From Scenedesmus sp. PABB004 (taxonomy: Eukaryota): a stretch of DNA of 64,000 nt. Shown piece after piece: positions 1 to 12,500 of this stretch. The position numbers and the translations under genes were made by a program. A model generated the notes under the pieces. It saw only the letters and a list, made by a program, of their open reading frames with translations. It did no database searches and was not told where the DNA came from. Numbering within the stretch: position 1 is the first letter of the stretch; every line of letters begins with the position of its first letter. The DNA is taken from positions 310,001 through 374,000 of the forward strand of contig JABVCE010000027.1 of NCBI GenBank assembly GCA_014905635.1. Direction: 5' to 3'.

Positions 1-3000
1 TCCTCCAGCCCCTCCTCGGAGATGAACTGGCTCAGCGGGATGGCGCTGCGGCCCATAAACTCCTTGGAGCCCTGCGGGGGTGTGGGCGGGCGGGCGGGTG
101 GGTGTTTTGAGGGCACATAGGGCAGCAAGGGCGAGCAGCGGCGCGCAGCGGCGCGCGCGCGCCGCGAGCGGCCAGCCCTGCGCTCCCCTCCCCCCCCCCC
201 ACCCACCCACCCACCCACACCCACGCCCACGCCCACCCACACCCGCCCACAAAACCCAACACGCGCGCGCACCTTGAGGCTGGCCACGTCCTTGAGCCCC
301 GCCAGGCTCGTGACGTTGACTGGGTCGTAGTCAAAGCACTCCAGGCGCAGCACCGTGTCCTTTTCGAGCACGGGCAGGTACTTGACCTGGGGGGGGAGGG
401 CGGTTCAGGGCCAGGGTCGTAGTAGGGCGGTTTAGGGCGGTTTAACGTGGCGGCGGGGTTTTAGGAGCGGCTCGGGCGGCGGCGGGGTTGTGGGGAATTT
501 TTTTTTGGGGGGGGGGGGGGGGGGGGCGGCGGGCGGGCTGCGCGGCCGCGGGCCTCCTCCCGCGCGGCGGCGCGGCCGGCGGCGCGCGCGCCGCGGCGCG
601 CGGCCAAACGAACAGCCACCCTCCCTGCGCCGCCGCCGCCGCCGCGCCCCGAGCACCCTAAGCCCCGTGGTCGCGCGCACCTCGTCCCAGACGGGCGCGA
701 GGTTGTTGCTGATCACGCGCGTCGCGGCGCGGTAGTCGTCGGTGGTGAAGATCTCAACGAACGGGTCGCTCTTGCCTGTGCGTGTTTGGTCGGGTGCGGG
801 GGGGGGGGGGGGGGGGGGGAGAGGGAGAGAGAGAGAGAGAGAGGGAGAGAGAGAGAGAGGGGGAGAGAGAGAGGGAGAGAGAGAGAGGGAGAGAGGGAGA
901 GAGGGAGAGAGGGAGAGAGGGAGAGAGGGAGAGAGAGAGGGAGAGGCGCGCGCGGCGCCGCAGGGCGGGGCACACGGGGGAGGCGGGGCGGGGCGCGGCG
1001 GGGCTCAAGGAGGGGGGCCGCGGGGCGCGGCGCACCCATGGAGTCGTACGAGTTGAGCTCCTTGGCGCAGATGACGTGGACCTGGTGGTGGGTGTGGGTG
1101 TGTGTGTGTGTGTGGGGGGGGGTGTTAGGGTTGAGGGTTGAGGGGGTTGAGAGGGTTGAGGGCCCGCGGGGGGTCGGGACGCAGGAGCGGGGCGGCGCAG
1201 CCCGCGCGGCGCGGCGCCTGCACCGCCCCCCTCGCCGCACCCGGCGGGGCGCCCCCCCTGCTCCGCCCCCGAGCCCCGGCGCGCACGACGGCGCGCGGCG
1301 CCGCCGCCGCCCCTGCGCCCCTAAACCCCGCGCCCCTAAGCCCCGCGCGCCTTGATGACGCCCTGCTGGCGGCCGTTGAGGCGCTCGACCTCCAGGTCCA
1401 CCGCGGGGTCGTCGACGGGCATGACGCCGTCCCAGCTCAGGATGGGCACCTGCGGTGTGTGGGTGTGGGGATGTGGGGGTGTGGGGGTGGTGGGGGTGTG
1501 GGGGCGTGCATGGGTGTGAGGGGGGGGGAGCGATGGAGTGTGCATGTGCGCGCGGTGGTGCATGCACGGGCGTGTGTGGCCCGTCGCCGCCGCCGCAGCT
1601 CCGCAGCGCCTCAGCCGAGCCCCAGCCCTGAACCCGTCACGCCCAAACCCCTCCCCTGAGCCCTTAACCCCTTGGGCCCGCACCGTGACGCGCTTGGGCC
1701 AGAGCAGCATGCCCACGATGACCTGCTGCACGATCATGTCCACAAAGCTCACGATCGGCACCGTCACAATCTGCGACGGGGTTTAGCGGCGGCGGGGTTT
1801 AGCGGGGTTGGGCGGAGCTTAGCGGGGTTGAGCCCCCGGGGGCCGCGCGCGCTGAGGGGGGGGGGGGGGGGGGGGCGGCGGCGCGGCGCGGCGCGCCCGC
1901 CGGGCAAGCACCGACGCCCCGCAGCGGGCGCGCGCCGCCCCGGCGCCGCGCGGCGGCCAACCTTAAACCCCGGGCCCCTGCGCGCGCCTCCTAAACCCCA
2001 CCTGCGACGCGCCCGCGGGCAGCACGCCAAAGTCGAGGCGGTACTTGATGATGGGCACCGTCTTCAGCGCCACCGCGGCGGCGGCTGGGGGGGGGGGGGC
2101 AGGGTTTAGGGGGGCGGCGCGCGGGGCTCAGGGCGGGCGCGGGCTGCGCTGCGGGGCCGTGTGGCCGTGGCCGCGCGCGCGCGGCGCCGGGCGCCGCCGG
2201 CCGTCCTTCTCGCCGCGCCCCAAGCAGCCCCGCGCCGCCGCTCAAACCCGGCGCCGCGTCAACCCCGCGCCGCCGCCCTCAACCCCCGCGCCGCCGCTTA
2301 AACCCCGCGCGCCGCGCCGGCGCGCACCAAAGCCGGGTATCGCCTCCACGAGGGGCTTGAGAATGACCTTGAGCGTTGCGACAAAGACAATGTCCTTCAC
2401 CTTGGGCGTGAGGCGCGTGAACTCGCTGCACGGTGTGCGGGCGGGTGTGCGGGTGGATGGGTGGGTGGGTGGGTGGGTGGCGGGTGCGGGGGGGGGGGGG
2501 GCTTGTGCGCGGCGGGCGGACGGCGAGCCGCGGGCGCGCGTGCGGGGGTCCCCGGCCCCTCAGCCCCCAGCCCCCCCCCCACACACACACACACCAAAAG
2601 CCCTGCCCCGCGCGCACCCGCCGAGGGGGAGGTCGATGCCGAGGCTGATGTTTGCGTCGCCGCTCCAGCGCACGTCAACCTCCAGGTCGATCTCGTCCCC
2701 CGTGTCCTTGACAAAGATGCCTGGCCGGTGGGGTTTAGGGGGGGGGGTGGAGCGGTTTAGGGGTTTAACAACAAGGTTACGGCGAGGGTTGTAGGCAGCG
2801 TCGAGGCAGGGAAGGGGCCGCCGGCGAGCGCGGCGGGCGACACGCCGGCGGGCAGCCCCCCCCCCCACACCCACACCCACACACCCACACACACACGCAC
2901 ACAGGGCCCCCCGCGCCGCGCCGCGTGCCGGGCGGCGCCGCGCCGCACCCTCGATGCGCACGGGCGCCTCGCCAAAGGTGAGCTCCTCGAAGAAGATGCG

Positions 3001-4077
3001 CTTGAAGATGGGCGGGCGGTACGCCTCCATGATCGGCTCAACCACCTCGCGCACCTGCGCAGGGTTCAGTGGGGCGACGCGGGGGGGGGGGGGGGGGGTT
3101 AGGGGGTGAAGGGTTTTGGGTTGAGGGGCGCAGGGCCGGCGGAGCGGCGGGCGGGGGTTGCGGCGGGTGGTGCGCCAGGTGGTGCATCCGCGCGCCGCGC
3201 CGCCGCACCGCCTTGCACACGCCGCGGTCGTAGTAGGGCCAGACCTCCACCAGCAGCTTGTTCAGCCACTGCGCCGCGCCGGCGGCGGGCGGGCGGCCTC
3301 GGCACGCGGTCCGCCGCAGCAGCTGCCCGCGCGCCGCCGCCGCCCAGCGCGCTCGCGCCGGCCGCCCCGCCCGGCCCTGAGCCCTGCTGCCGGGCGGGCC
3401 CTGAGCCCTCAACCCTCCCCCCTGGCGGGGAGCCGCCGCACCTCCATCTTTTCCCGGTCGGTCTTGTTGATCCACGAGGGCAGCCGCCCCAGCAGGAACT
3501 GGCAGCCCTTGAGCCCCGGGTCCATCGACAGCTGCGCGCGCGCCACGCACGCGCGCGGGCGACGGGGACGGCAGGCAGGGACGGCGGGCAGCGTGGCGGC
3601 GGCTGAGGGCCGGGCGCCCATCGGCGCGGCGCGGCGCGGCGCGGCCGCCCGGCGCCAGCGCCGCTGCCGGCCGCTGCCCAAGCCCGCGCCGCGCACCACT
3701 TGCTGCTGCTGCAGCTTCGCGCGGCAGTTGCCGAAGTAGAGGAACGAGTACAGCACGCCCGCGGCCAGGCCCAGGCCCGTGGCGCCGCCGGTCATGCCCA
3801 GGCTGGGGCGCCACCAGGCGAGGAACAGCAGCAGCGCCGCGCCCCACGCGCCGACCGCGCCGACGATGAGCTGCCCCATGGTCACCACCTTGTGCCCGGG
3901 GAGGCCGATCTTGACGCGGCGCTGCTTCTTGCGCCACGCCGCACCCGCGGGCGCGCCGGGGGCGCTGGCCGGGGCGCTGCTGCTGCCGGCGCCATCGCCC
4001 GCCTTGTCCGGCCACACCGGCACGCCGCTGAGCGGCAGCGTGCTGGTGACGCGCTCAACCAGGTCCGCACGCTCCAT
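1..4077 (-). CDS. Extended synaptotagmin / plant SYT-like protein (N-terminal TM, SMP domain, C2 domains); multi-exon, 3' end runs off the window
   Basis: ATG at 4077. Hydrophobic LIVGAVGAWGAALLLFLAWW...GVLYSFLYFG. Spliced SMP-type segments LPSWINKTDREKME|WLNKLLVEVWPYYDRGVC and FEELTFGEAPVRIEG. C2-type segments VHVICAKELNSYDSMG|KSDPFVEIF..TRVISNNLAPVWDE and VLRLECFDYD. Confidence 0.85.
798..945. repeat. Poly-G run followed by an imperfect (GA)n/GAGG microsatellite in an intron
   Basis: Directly visible; it produces the ERERE/LSLSL pseudo-ORFs in the track. Confidence 0.95.
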
Positions 4078-4923
4078 GGCGCCACCAGCAGGCGCGCGAT
4101 CGCGCGGGCGCGCAGAGCTGCGCGAGGTGCCCGCACGGCGGGGCGCTGGAGGCCGCGCAGGCTAGGCGCGTCCTCGGCGCGGCGTCGCGTTGGGCGCTGT
4201 GCGCCGGCGGGTGCCGGGGGAGCGCGGCCGGGGCGCGCGGTCGCGGGGAGTCGCGCGAGCACACAGTCACCTGGCGCGAGCCCTCACGCGCGTCCGCTGC
4301 TGCTGCGCGGCCACCGAACAGCCCTCTTGTGCAACGCGCCGCGGCGTGGGCAGCGCGCCGGGACCAGCCCTGCGTCGGCACCCGCGCCGCGCCGCGCTGC
4401 GCCGGCGCACGCGGCCCGCCGCCCCGTGGGCGGCACGCGCGCCGCCCACGCGCAGCCCTCAACAGCTGGGGCCCAGCGCCATGTACTTCCCGGCCAGGCG
4501 GCCAGGGCCAGAGCCCACCCAGGCAGATGCCCGCCGGGCTGCGCCTGGCGCGCGTGCTGCGCGCGCCGGCCGCGACGCTCGGCGCCCGGCACGTGCCCAC
4601 AAACAGATGCGCAGATCAGCCTGTCAGAGAGGTGGCGGTGCCAATGACCAGGTTCGCCCCGACCACCGGCCCAGAGCGGGGCCAGTCAACGACCCCCAAA
4701 TCAAACCTGCGCACGCGCCGGGAGGGGTCTGCAAGCCCCGTTCAGGGTTTCCTTGGGCCATCGTGCGCCGGGTCGCGGCAGCGCCCGCCACACCCAGACA
4801 GACACCCAGACCACACTCACCCCCCCCCCCCCCCGCCTGCGCCTGATCAAAACGAACGCCCGGCGCGCGCAGCGGCGGCCCGGCGACGCGCCCGACAAAT
4901 CCCTCCCACCCACCCACGCGCAC

Positions 4924-4954
<31 letters not shown>

Positions 4955-4990
4955 CGGACCTGCCCGCCCTCACCCCAGCACGCGCGGCGC

Positions 4991-6771
4991 TCACCGGCCC
5001 GCGGCCGCGCCGTAGCGCGCGTACGCGGCCGGCAGCCACTCGGCGAGGCGGCGCACCTCCTGCACCGCGTGCACCGCCATCGCCGCGCCGACCGCACGCA
5101 GGTCGAGCCCCGGGCGCAGGCCGTCGAGCAGGCCGGCCTTGATCTTGGGCGCGCCGGTCTGCCCCACAAAGGTTGTGTCGAGCTCGTCCGTGCCGCCCGA
5201 CTTGAAGATGCCGAGCGTGAGGCGCGTGGTGATGACCACGCCGCGCGGCGTCGACCGCCACGCGTGCCGGAGGCTCGACACGTTCTTGGTGTAATACATG
5301 CCCAGAACATACTCACTGCGGCGGCGGCGGCGGCGGACGCGGCGCGGTGCGCGACGGCGGCGGGGTGGTGCACGGCGGCGGCGGGGGTGGTGCGCGGCGG
5401 CGGGGCGGGGCAGGGGCGCGCGGCGGGGGGGGGGGGGGTGTCGGCGGATCATCGGCGGCGCGGAGGGGCGGCGCGGGGGCGCTCGAGGCGCGCACCTGCG
5501 CGTCACAAACGTTGCGAGCGCCTTGTCGTCCAGCTGGCTCAGCGTGCTGGACACGCGCGTGTGCGGGCCGTCGTTGCCCCTGCGCGCGGGCGTGCGTTGG
5601 CGCGCGCCGGCGCGCGGGGTCAGCGGGCGGCCGCCGGCTGGCGGGCGCGGGCGCGCCGCGCCGCGTCCCCGGCGTCGCGCCGCGCACCAGCGCTCGGGCG
5701 GCGTCGAGCGCACGGGCCCCGTGCGCGTCCGCTTGCAGGCCCAGGGGCGCGTCGCCGCGGCGGCGTTGTAGGTGCAATCATACACGGGGGTCTCCATCCT
5801 GCAAGCACGCGCGCGCGCGCCGCCGCCGGCGGGTGTGTCAGCGCGCGCTGGCGGCGGCAGGCGCGTGCCCAAGCGGGCGGCCGGGCGCGCCGGGCGCGGC
5901 GCGCGCCGGAAGCGGCGGCGGCGGTGCGGCGGCGGCGGCGGCGGCGCGCACCAGTCGGCGCGGGTGCCGGGCCCGGGCAGCTCGCCCTCGGGCGGGTAGG
6001 CGGCCGCGGTGACGTGGTCCACCGGGTGCATCTGCAGGAAGCTGCGTGGGCGGCGGGCGCGGGGCGCGGCGCCGCGCGGCGCGTTGAGCGGCGCCGCGCG
6101 GCGGGCGCGGGGCATGCCGGCGCGCGCGCACGCCGCTGGCACGTGCCCCACGCGCGCGCCGCCTCTGCCCCGCCGCGCGCTCACAGCGTGGTCGAGTATT
6201 TCTTGCCGCCCTGCTCAAACTCGTAGACCTCGCCCAGCGGCAGGTGCTGGTAGAGCCAGACCAGCGCCGCCGTGCTGGTCAGCCCGGGGATGGGCTTGTG
6301 CCTGCGGCGCGCGGTGCGGCGCGCGCGGGGGCGTCGCACGGCGCCGCGCGCCGCGCGGCGCGCGCGCTGCCAGGCTGTGCACCACGCAGCGCTCACTCGA
6401 CGTCCATCTGCAGCACGCCCGCGAAGCCCGGGTCGCCCGAGACCTGGACCTTGACCGACTTGACGCAGCGCGAGGTGAGGTCGGAGCAGAACGTCCAGCC
6501 GCCGGCTGGCGGCGGCGGCGCGCTCGAGCGGCAGGTCTGCCGGCGGCGGCGGCAGCGGCGCGGGCGCGTGGGCGCGTGCGAGCGGCGGCGCGCGCCCGGC
6601 CGGCGTGGCTGGCCGGCGACGCGTGCACCCCCGAGCACCGCCGGCCGCACCGCCGAGCTCGATGAAGGTGCCGTTCAGCGGCGGCGGGGCAGCGGCGGCG
6701 GACGCGGCGGCGACCGCGCACGCCGCCACCAGCAGCGCGCCGAGCGCCGCTGTGAGCGCGCTGCGCGCCAT
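4991..6771 (-). CDS. Secreted protein resembling the PhlG/DAPG hydrolase family (about 6 exons)
   Basis: Signal peptide MARSALTAALGALLVAACAVAAASA. Spliced product includes GVLQMDVE|HKPIPGLTSTAALVWLYQH, TTL|FLQMHPVDHV, W|METPVYDC, SSLRHAWRSTPRGVVITTRLTLG and AMAVHAVQEVRRLAEWLPAAY, then the stop at 4991. The exon 1/2 phase is unresolved. The family call comes from recalled motifs, not a search. Confidence 0.6.
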
Positions 6772-7109
6772 CGCTGGCCCTGGGCGCGCGGCGTGAGCGC
6801 CTTCGTCGCTGCTGCGGCCGTGGGCGGGCGCTGCTGCTGCGCTGAGGCGCTGCTGCGCGGGCGCAGCTCGTTTGCACGACGAACTGCCCTAGGTGGTGCT
6901 GGGTTGTGCCCTGGCGGGCGCGCGGCGGCCGAGGAGCCGGGTCGAGGCCGGCCCGGCAAGGGCCCGGGAACCCGCAGCTAACACCGGGCCGCGCGGGCTC
7001 TCGCCGCCGCAGCCGGCCCGGCCCGGAGCTGTGCACGCTGCGCGGAAACGAACTGGCGGCGGCCGGGGCCGCGGCGGCGCGGGTCACCCGGCGCCGCCGC
7101 CGCGCCGCG

Positions 7110-9159
7110 TCACGGCGGCGCCTCGGGCGCGAGCAGGCCGACCGCCTCGAGCGCGGCGAGCCAGGCGAGCAGCTGCGGCAGCATGGCCAGCAGGCTGGCC
7201 ACCATCAGCCAGCTCACGTCGGCCGCCCCGACGCCGGCGTCCTGCGCGACGACAAACGCGGTCTGCGCGACCGGCAGGAGCGCGAGGATGACGAGCGCGG
7301 CCGCGAGGTCGCCGCGCACGCCGAGCGCCCACGCGAGCGCCGCCATCGCGGCCGGCGCGAGCACGCCGCGCGCGGCGAGGCAGCCGAGCAGGCGCGCCCA
7401 CGACGGCGGCCGCTCCGCCGCGCCGCCGCCGCCGCCCTGCTGCGGCGGCGCCAGCCCCTGGCGCCCCTGCTGCTGCTGCAGCCCGTGCTGCTGCTGCAGC
7501 CTGTGCTGCCCCTGCTGTCGCCGCTGCGCGGCGTTGTCGTACATCCACAGCCCCGTGGTGAAGAGCGTGAGCGGCGCGGTCGCGGACCCAAACCACGACA
7601 GCAGCTGCTCCAGGAAGGCGAGCTGCGCCAGCGCCGCGGGGCTGCGCGGGTCGAGCAGCGCCGACGAGCCCAGCGCCGACAGCGCGAGCGACGCGCCCGT
7701 GGTCCACACGAGCGGGTTCTGCGCGCCGCGGCGGCGGCGCCGGCGGCGGCGCCGGCGGCGGCGTCGGCAGCGTCAGCGCGGCGCGCACCCGCCGCGCTGG
7801 CTGCCACGCGGCGCCCGCGCGCGGCAGCCCGCGCGCGGCAGCCCGCGCGCGGCACCTTGAGCAGCAGCGACGCGACCACGCCCAGCGAACCCGCTGGCTG
7901 CTGGGCGTCGCCGGCGGCGGTCGCCGCCGCCGGCTGCTGGCACTGCTGCGCCGCCGCCGGGCCCCGGGCTCCGGGCTCTCGCACGGCTGGATCTCGCCGC
8001 CCCAGACGTGCAGCACGTGCTGCTGCTGGGGTGCCGGTGCTGCAGGACGAGCGAGTCCGCCGAGCCGTGCCGCTGCGACTGCAGCTGCCGCGGCCCGCGC
8101 GCCGGGCTCCAGCTCGGCGAGCTGCCGTCGCTGCCGCCGCCGCCGTTGGCCTCCGCCGGCGGGCTGGCGTGGCCGCGCCCGCCCGCCTTGTCCATGCCGC
8201 GCTGCTCCGCCGCCTGCTGGCGCTGCTGCGCCAGCTCCTGCTCGTGCCACGCCCGCAGCGGCGCGGCCTCGCCGTCGCCGCCGCCCCCAGCTGCCGCCGC
8301 CGCCGCCGCCCGCTGCTGCTTGTCCAGGTGGAACAGCAGCTGTGCTGAGGGCAGCTGCTGGAAGTAGAGCACCACGGTCGCCAGCATGCCCAGCGGCGCG
8401 TAGCGCGGGCCGACCGCGGCCTCCAGCACGACCGGGCCCAGGATGCCTGCGCCGCGCGGCGGCGGCAGTGCAGCGGCGGCGTCGGCGCTGGCGCTGGCGC
8501 TGGCAGCGGCAGCGCTCGCACTGCTCGGCGCACCCGTGTTGTTGGTGGTGAGGATGAGTGAGTCCACGCCCAGCTGCGCGAGCTGCAGGCGCCGCCCCGT
8601 CGCGAGCTGCCGCAGCGCGAGCAGCGCCTGCAGCGCCACCGACCACGCCAGGAACATGCCCAGCGCGCTGCGGCGGGGAGGCGGCGGGCGGCGGCGCCTG
8701 CCGCGTCGGGGGGCGGTGGCCTGCGCTGCGGCAGCTCGCGACGGGGCGGCGCCTGCAGCTCGCGCAGCTGGGCTGCGCCGCCCGCGCTGTGCGGCGGCCG
8801 CCGCGCTGTGCAGCTGCCGCCGAGCGCACCGCCAGTTGCCCGGCTCGCGCATGTCCGTCTTGATCGCCAGCAGCCAGACCTGCAGGCAGGGGATGCAGAA
8901 CTTGAGGACCAGCGCGTTGACGTGCACAACGGTCGGCCCCGGCGCCAGCAAGCCCGCCGAGCCGCAGCCCCAGCCCGCGCCCACGGCGCCGAGAGACTGC
9001 AGGCCTGCGGAACGCGCCGCGGCGGGGGTGCGCCGGGCGCCGGCCGGGGCGTGCGCGCGGCGGGCGCCGGCGCTGCTGCCGCGGTGCGGCGGCGCCGCGG
9101 CGGCGGGCGCCAGCCTCCCCGCGCGCACCGGTCTGCAGGATGCGGTCGTAGTGAATCAT
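7110..9159 (-). CDS. PIN-like auxin efflux carrier (AEC/Mem_trans) family transporter
   Basis: MIHYDRILQT|GLQS start, NALVLKFCIP, TTNNTG|ILGPVVL, a hydrophilic loop, then a C-terminal TM block NPLVWTT..FGSATAPLTLFTTGLWMY..LAARGVLAPAAM..LALLPVAQTAFVVA. The layout parallels PIN motifs. Confidence 0.75.
8568..8773. repeat. Perfect 51-bp inverted repeat: exonic arm 8568-8618, intronic arm 8723-8773
   Basis: 8723-8773 is the exact reverse complement of 8568-8618. The peptide ALRQLATGRRLQLAQLG appears on both strands in the ORF track. Confidence 0.95.
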
Positions 9160-9508
9160 GGCCCGGGCTGTGGCCGGTCAGGGCGCGCGGGCGCTGTACG
9201 CCGGCATGGCGCAGCTCGCGGGGCCAGCCCCTGCGCCTACCGAGTCACGTGGTGAGCTCGGGGCGTCGAGCTATAGACCTGGGTGGCGGCGCAGCGCGTG
9301 CGCGCTCGCCGGCAGCGCAGGCGACGCGTCGGAGCGCCGCTGAGCCGCCACTCCCGCCCGGCGCGCCCCGGGCCCGCGCTGCGCGGGCCGGCCCGCTGCT
9401 CCCCGCAGTCAGTAAGCTCACCCCTCACCCACAAAGCCCGCGGTCAACGCCAAAACCAACCCCGGCGGGGGGCGGCGACCGTCGCGAGCAGCGCGGCGCG
9501 CCGCCGCG

Positions 9509-12500
9509 ATGGACGGCGCGCTGGGCCCGGCGCCGGGCCTGCCGCACCGCCGGCGCGATGTGGGACTGGCCGGCGGCGGTCGGGACCAGGCGGGCGCGGG
9601 CGGCGGCGAGGGCGGCGCGACGTACGCGCCGTTCAAGTTTGAGGCGCGCCGTCAGCGCATCGACTGGCGCCTGCTGACCGGCGTGGACGTGAACCGCCTG
9701 GTGGGTGGGGGACCTGCGGCGGCGGCGGCGGCGCCGCCGGCGCGCGCGGCGCGGGGCCCGAGCGCGGCGGCGCCGCCGCCGCCGCCGCGCAGGTCCGCGA
9801 CACCGACCTCGACGCGCTCGAGCGGCTCGTGCCGAGCATCACCTGGGGCGACATCGAGGCCGAGGACACGCGGCACCTGGGCGAGGCGGGGTTTGTCAAG
9901 GCCTTCCGCCTCGCGCAGCTGCTGCTGGAGTACCTGCTGTACGTGCAGGACAGCCTCACGTCCGCCAACGCGGCGCTCGAGGCCGCGCGGTGCGGCCGAT
10001 CGCGCGCCAGCGCGGGGCTCGCCCTGGGGCGACGGGGCGCGGCGCGGGGGCACCTCCCGGGAGGCGCACGGGAGCGGGGCCGGGCGCGCCGCGCGCGGCG
10101 CGGCCGACCCGCCGCCTCCGCCGGCGCCCGCAGGGCGCGCGCGCTCGCGACCGCGGCGGAGCTCGCGGGCCGCGCGCGACAGCAGGCGGGCGAGCTCAAG
10201 GCGGCCAAGCGCGAACTGCGGCGCGCGCGCAAGACGGCCAGGACCCTGGAGCTCATGGCGACGGTCGTCGGCGCGGGCGGGCCGGGCGCGACGGCAGCGG
10301 CGGCGGCTGCCGCCGCCGCCGCGGCCGTCCAGTCGGCGGCGCCCGCGCAGCCGCCGGCGCCGCCGCTGGCGGCGGCGCAGCAGCCGCCGTGGGGCGCGGA
10401 GCAGCAGGCGCAGCTGGGCGAGCTGGCGCAGCGCCTCGCGGCGGCGGGCCGCGAGGTCGCCGCGCTGCGCGTGGAGCGGGAGGAGCTGGCTTACACGGTG
10501 CGCCACCTACACGACACGCTCGCCGCGCGCACGGGTGCGGCGGCGCGGGCGCCGCATGGGGCCTGTTCTGTGGGCTGCGCGCCAGGGTCGGCCGGCCGGG
10601 GCGGGGTGGCCGGCCGGGGCGGGGCGCCGCCGACGCGCGCGCTCGCGCCGCCGCCGCCGCCTGCGCAGACGGCCCCAGGTCGGCGCAGCGCCACTTCAGC
10701 CCCGGGCGCAGCCTGCCGGGCAGCCCCGGCGGCGGCGACTGGCCAGCCGGCCCCGGGCGCGGCGCAGCAAATGAGCGGCCGGCGAGCCCCGCGCAGCAGG
10801 CGGCGGTGGCGGCGCTGCGCGCGGAGCTGGCGGAGCTGCAGGGGCAGCTGGGCGCGCTGCGAACAGAGAACCTTGGGCTCAGGTGCGCTCACACGCGCGG
10901 CAGCGGCGCGGCGGGGAGCAGGCCCCGCCCACGCGCCGCCCACGCCCGCGCCCACGCCCGCGCCGCAGGCAGCAGCTGGGCGACGCGGCCGGCACAGACG
11001 CAGCGGCGGCGGCCGACGCGACGGCGGCCGCGGTCCGCGCCCAGCTGGACGACCGGCTGCGCGAGCTCATCCAGCTGCAGGGTGCGCGCTGCACGCAGCA
11101 GGCCGCCACAGACTTTCTGGGGGGGGGCACCCGTGCTCACCCCCGCTGCACCACCCGCCGCCGCCGCGCCCGCGCCGCGCGCAGCCGAGCTGCGCCAGCG
11201 CGACTCCTCGCTCGCTGTGTTCAAGCAGAGCGAGGAGGCGCTGCGGGGCCAGCTCGAGGCGCTGCAGCGCACGCTCAACAGCCCCGAGGCGGCCACGCCC
11301 TCGTTCGTCGCGGGGCAGCGCCAGCGCCTCGCGGCGGCCGAGGCCGGCGCCGCGCGCGCGGCGGACGAGGCGGTGGCGCTGCGGGCCGAAAACCTGGACC
11401 TGTCGCGGCAGCTGGGCGCGCTGCGCGCGCAGTCGGCCCGCGGCGGCGGCGGTGGCGGCGACGAGGACGCCGTGGCGGCGGCCGAGGCGCTGCTGGCCGG
11501 CACGCCGGCCGCGGCGCACGGCGGCGACGGCGGCGCCAGCGGCGGCGGCGAGGGCGGCAGCAGCAGCGCGTGGAAGCTGCGCGAGATTGAGCGGCTGCAG
11601 GGGGAGAACCGGCAGCTGTCGGCCAAGGCGGCCTCGCTGCAGGAGCGGCTGCACGAGCTGGAGCGGCTGAACCAGCAGCTCGACCGCGAGGCCGCGAGGG
11701 CGCGGCGGCTCGGCCTCGCGGCGTCGCTCGAGGCCGGCGGCGGGTCGGCGGGCAGCTCGCCGCGGCTCGGCGGCTGGGCGACGGGCAGCGTGACCAGCAG
11801 CGGGCCGCACCAGGAGCTCACGGCGGCGGACCTGGCCGCCGGCGAGCCCGACGGCGCCGCGGCGGGCAACGACCCCGACGGGTTCAGCGACGACGGGGAG
11901 GAGGGCGGCGTGGCGGCGGGGGCGCGGCCGGTGGTCATCGCGGTCAAACCCGCGGCGGCACAGCCCCCCCTCAAGCGCGTGCTGTTTGACGGCGCGCCCG
12001 ACCTGGACGGCGCCGCGCCGCCCGCGGACGCCATCCCCGCGTTCAGGCCGGCCGCGGCGGCGGCAGGCGAGCCGCCGGGCGACGCGCGCGGGCCGGCGGG
12101 CGCGATCTCGCAGGCCGCCGCGGCGACGCTGCGCGGCCTGACCGCGGAGCTCGCGGCCGCGCTCGGCGGCGCCGACGCGCCGCGCGACGGCCCCGCCGCC
12201 GAGGCGTACGGCGAGGCGGTCGCCGACTGGGACAAGCCCTTTGACCTCAGCCCCGAGGAGAAGGCCGAGTTCAGGGCCCTGCTCCCGCACGACGTGCCCG
12301 GCCGCCCCGGCGTGCTCTGCGCGCGGCCGCGCCGCGCCGAGGTGCGCGCGCGCGCGCGCGCGGCAGCCTGCAGGCAGCTGCGTCGCGCGGGGCGCCGCGC
12401 CGCTCGCTCACACCGCGCGCCGCGCTGCGCAGGAGCTCGCGGCGCGCCGCGGCGGCGTGCTGGCGGGGCTGAACCGCCGCCTCGATGCCGCGCTCGCGAG

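Noticed and set aside
498..3100. Long poly-G/poly-C runs as functional G-quadruplex elements
   Set aside because: They are common in introns throughout the window, homopolymer lengths are unreliable, and nothing specific supports a function.
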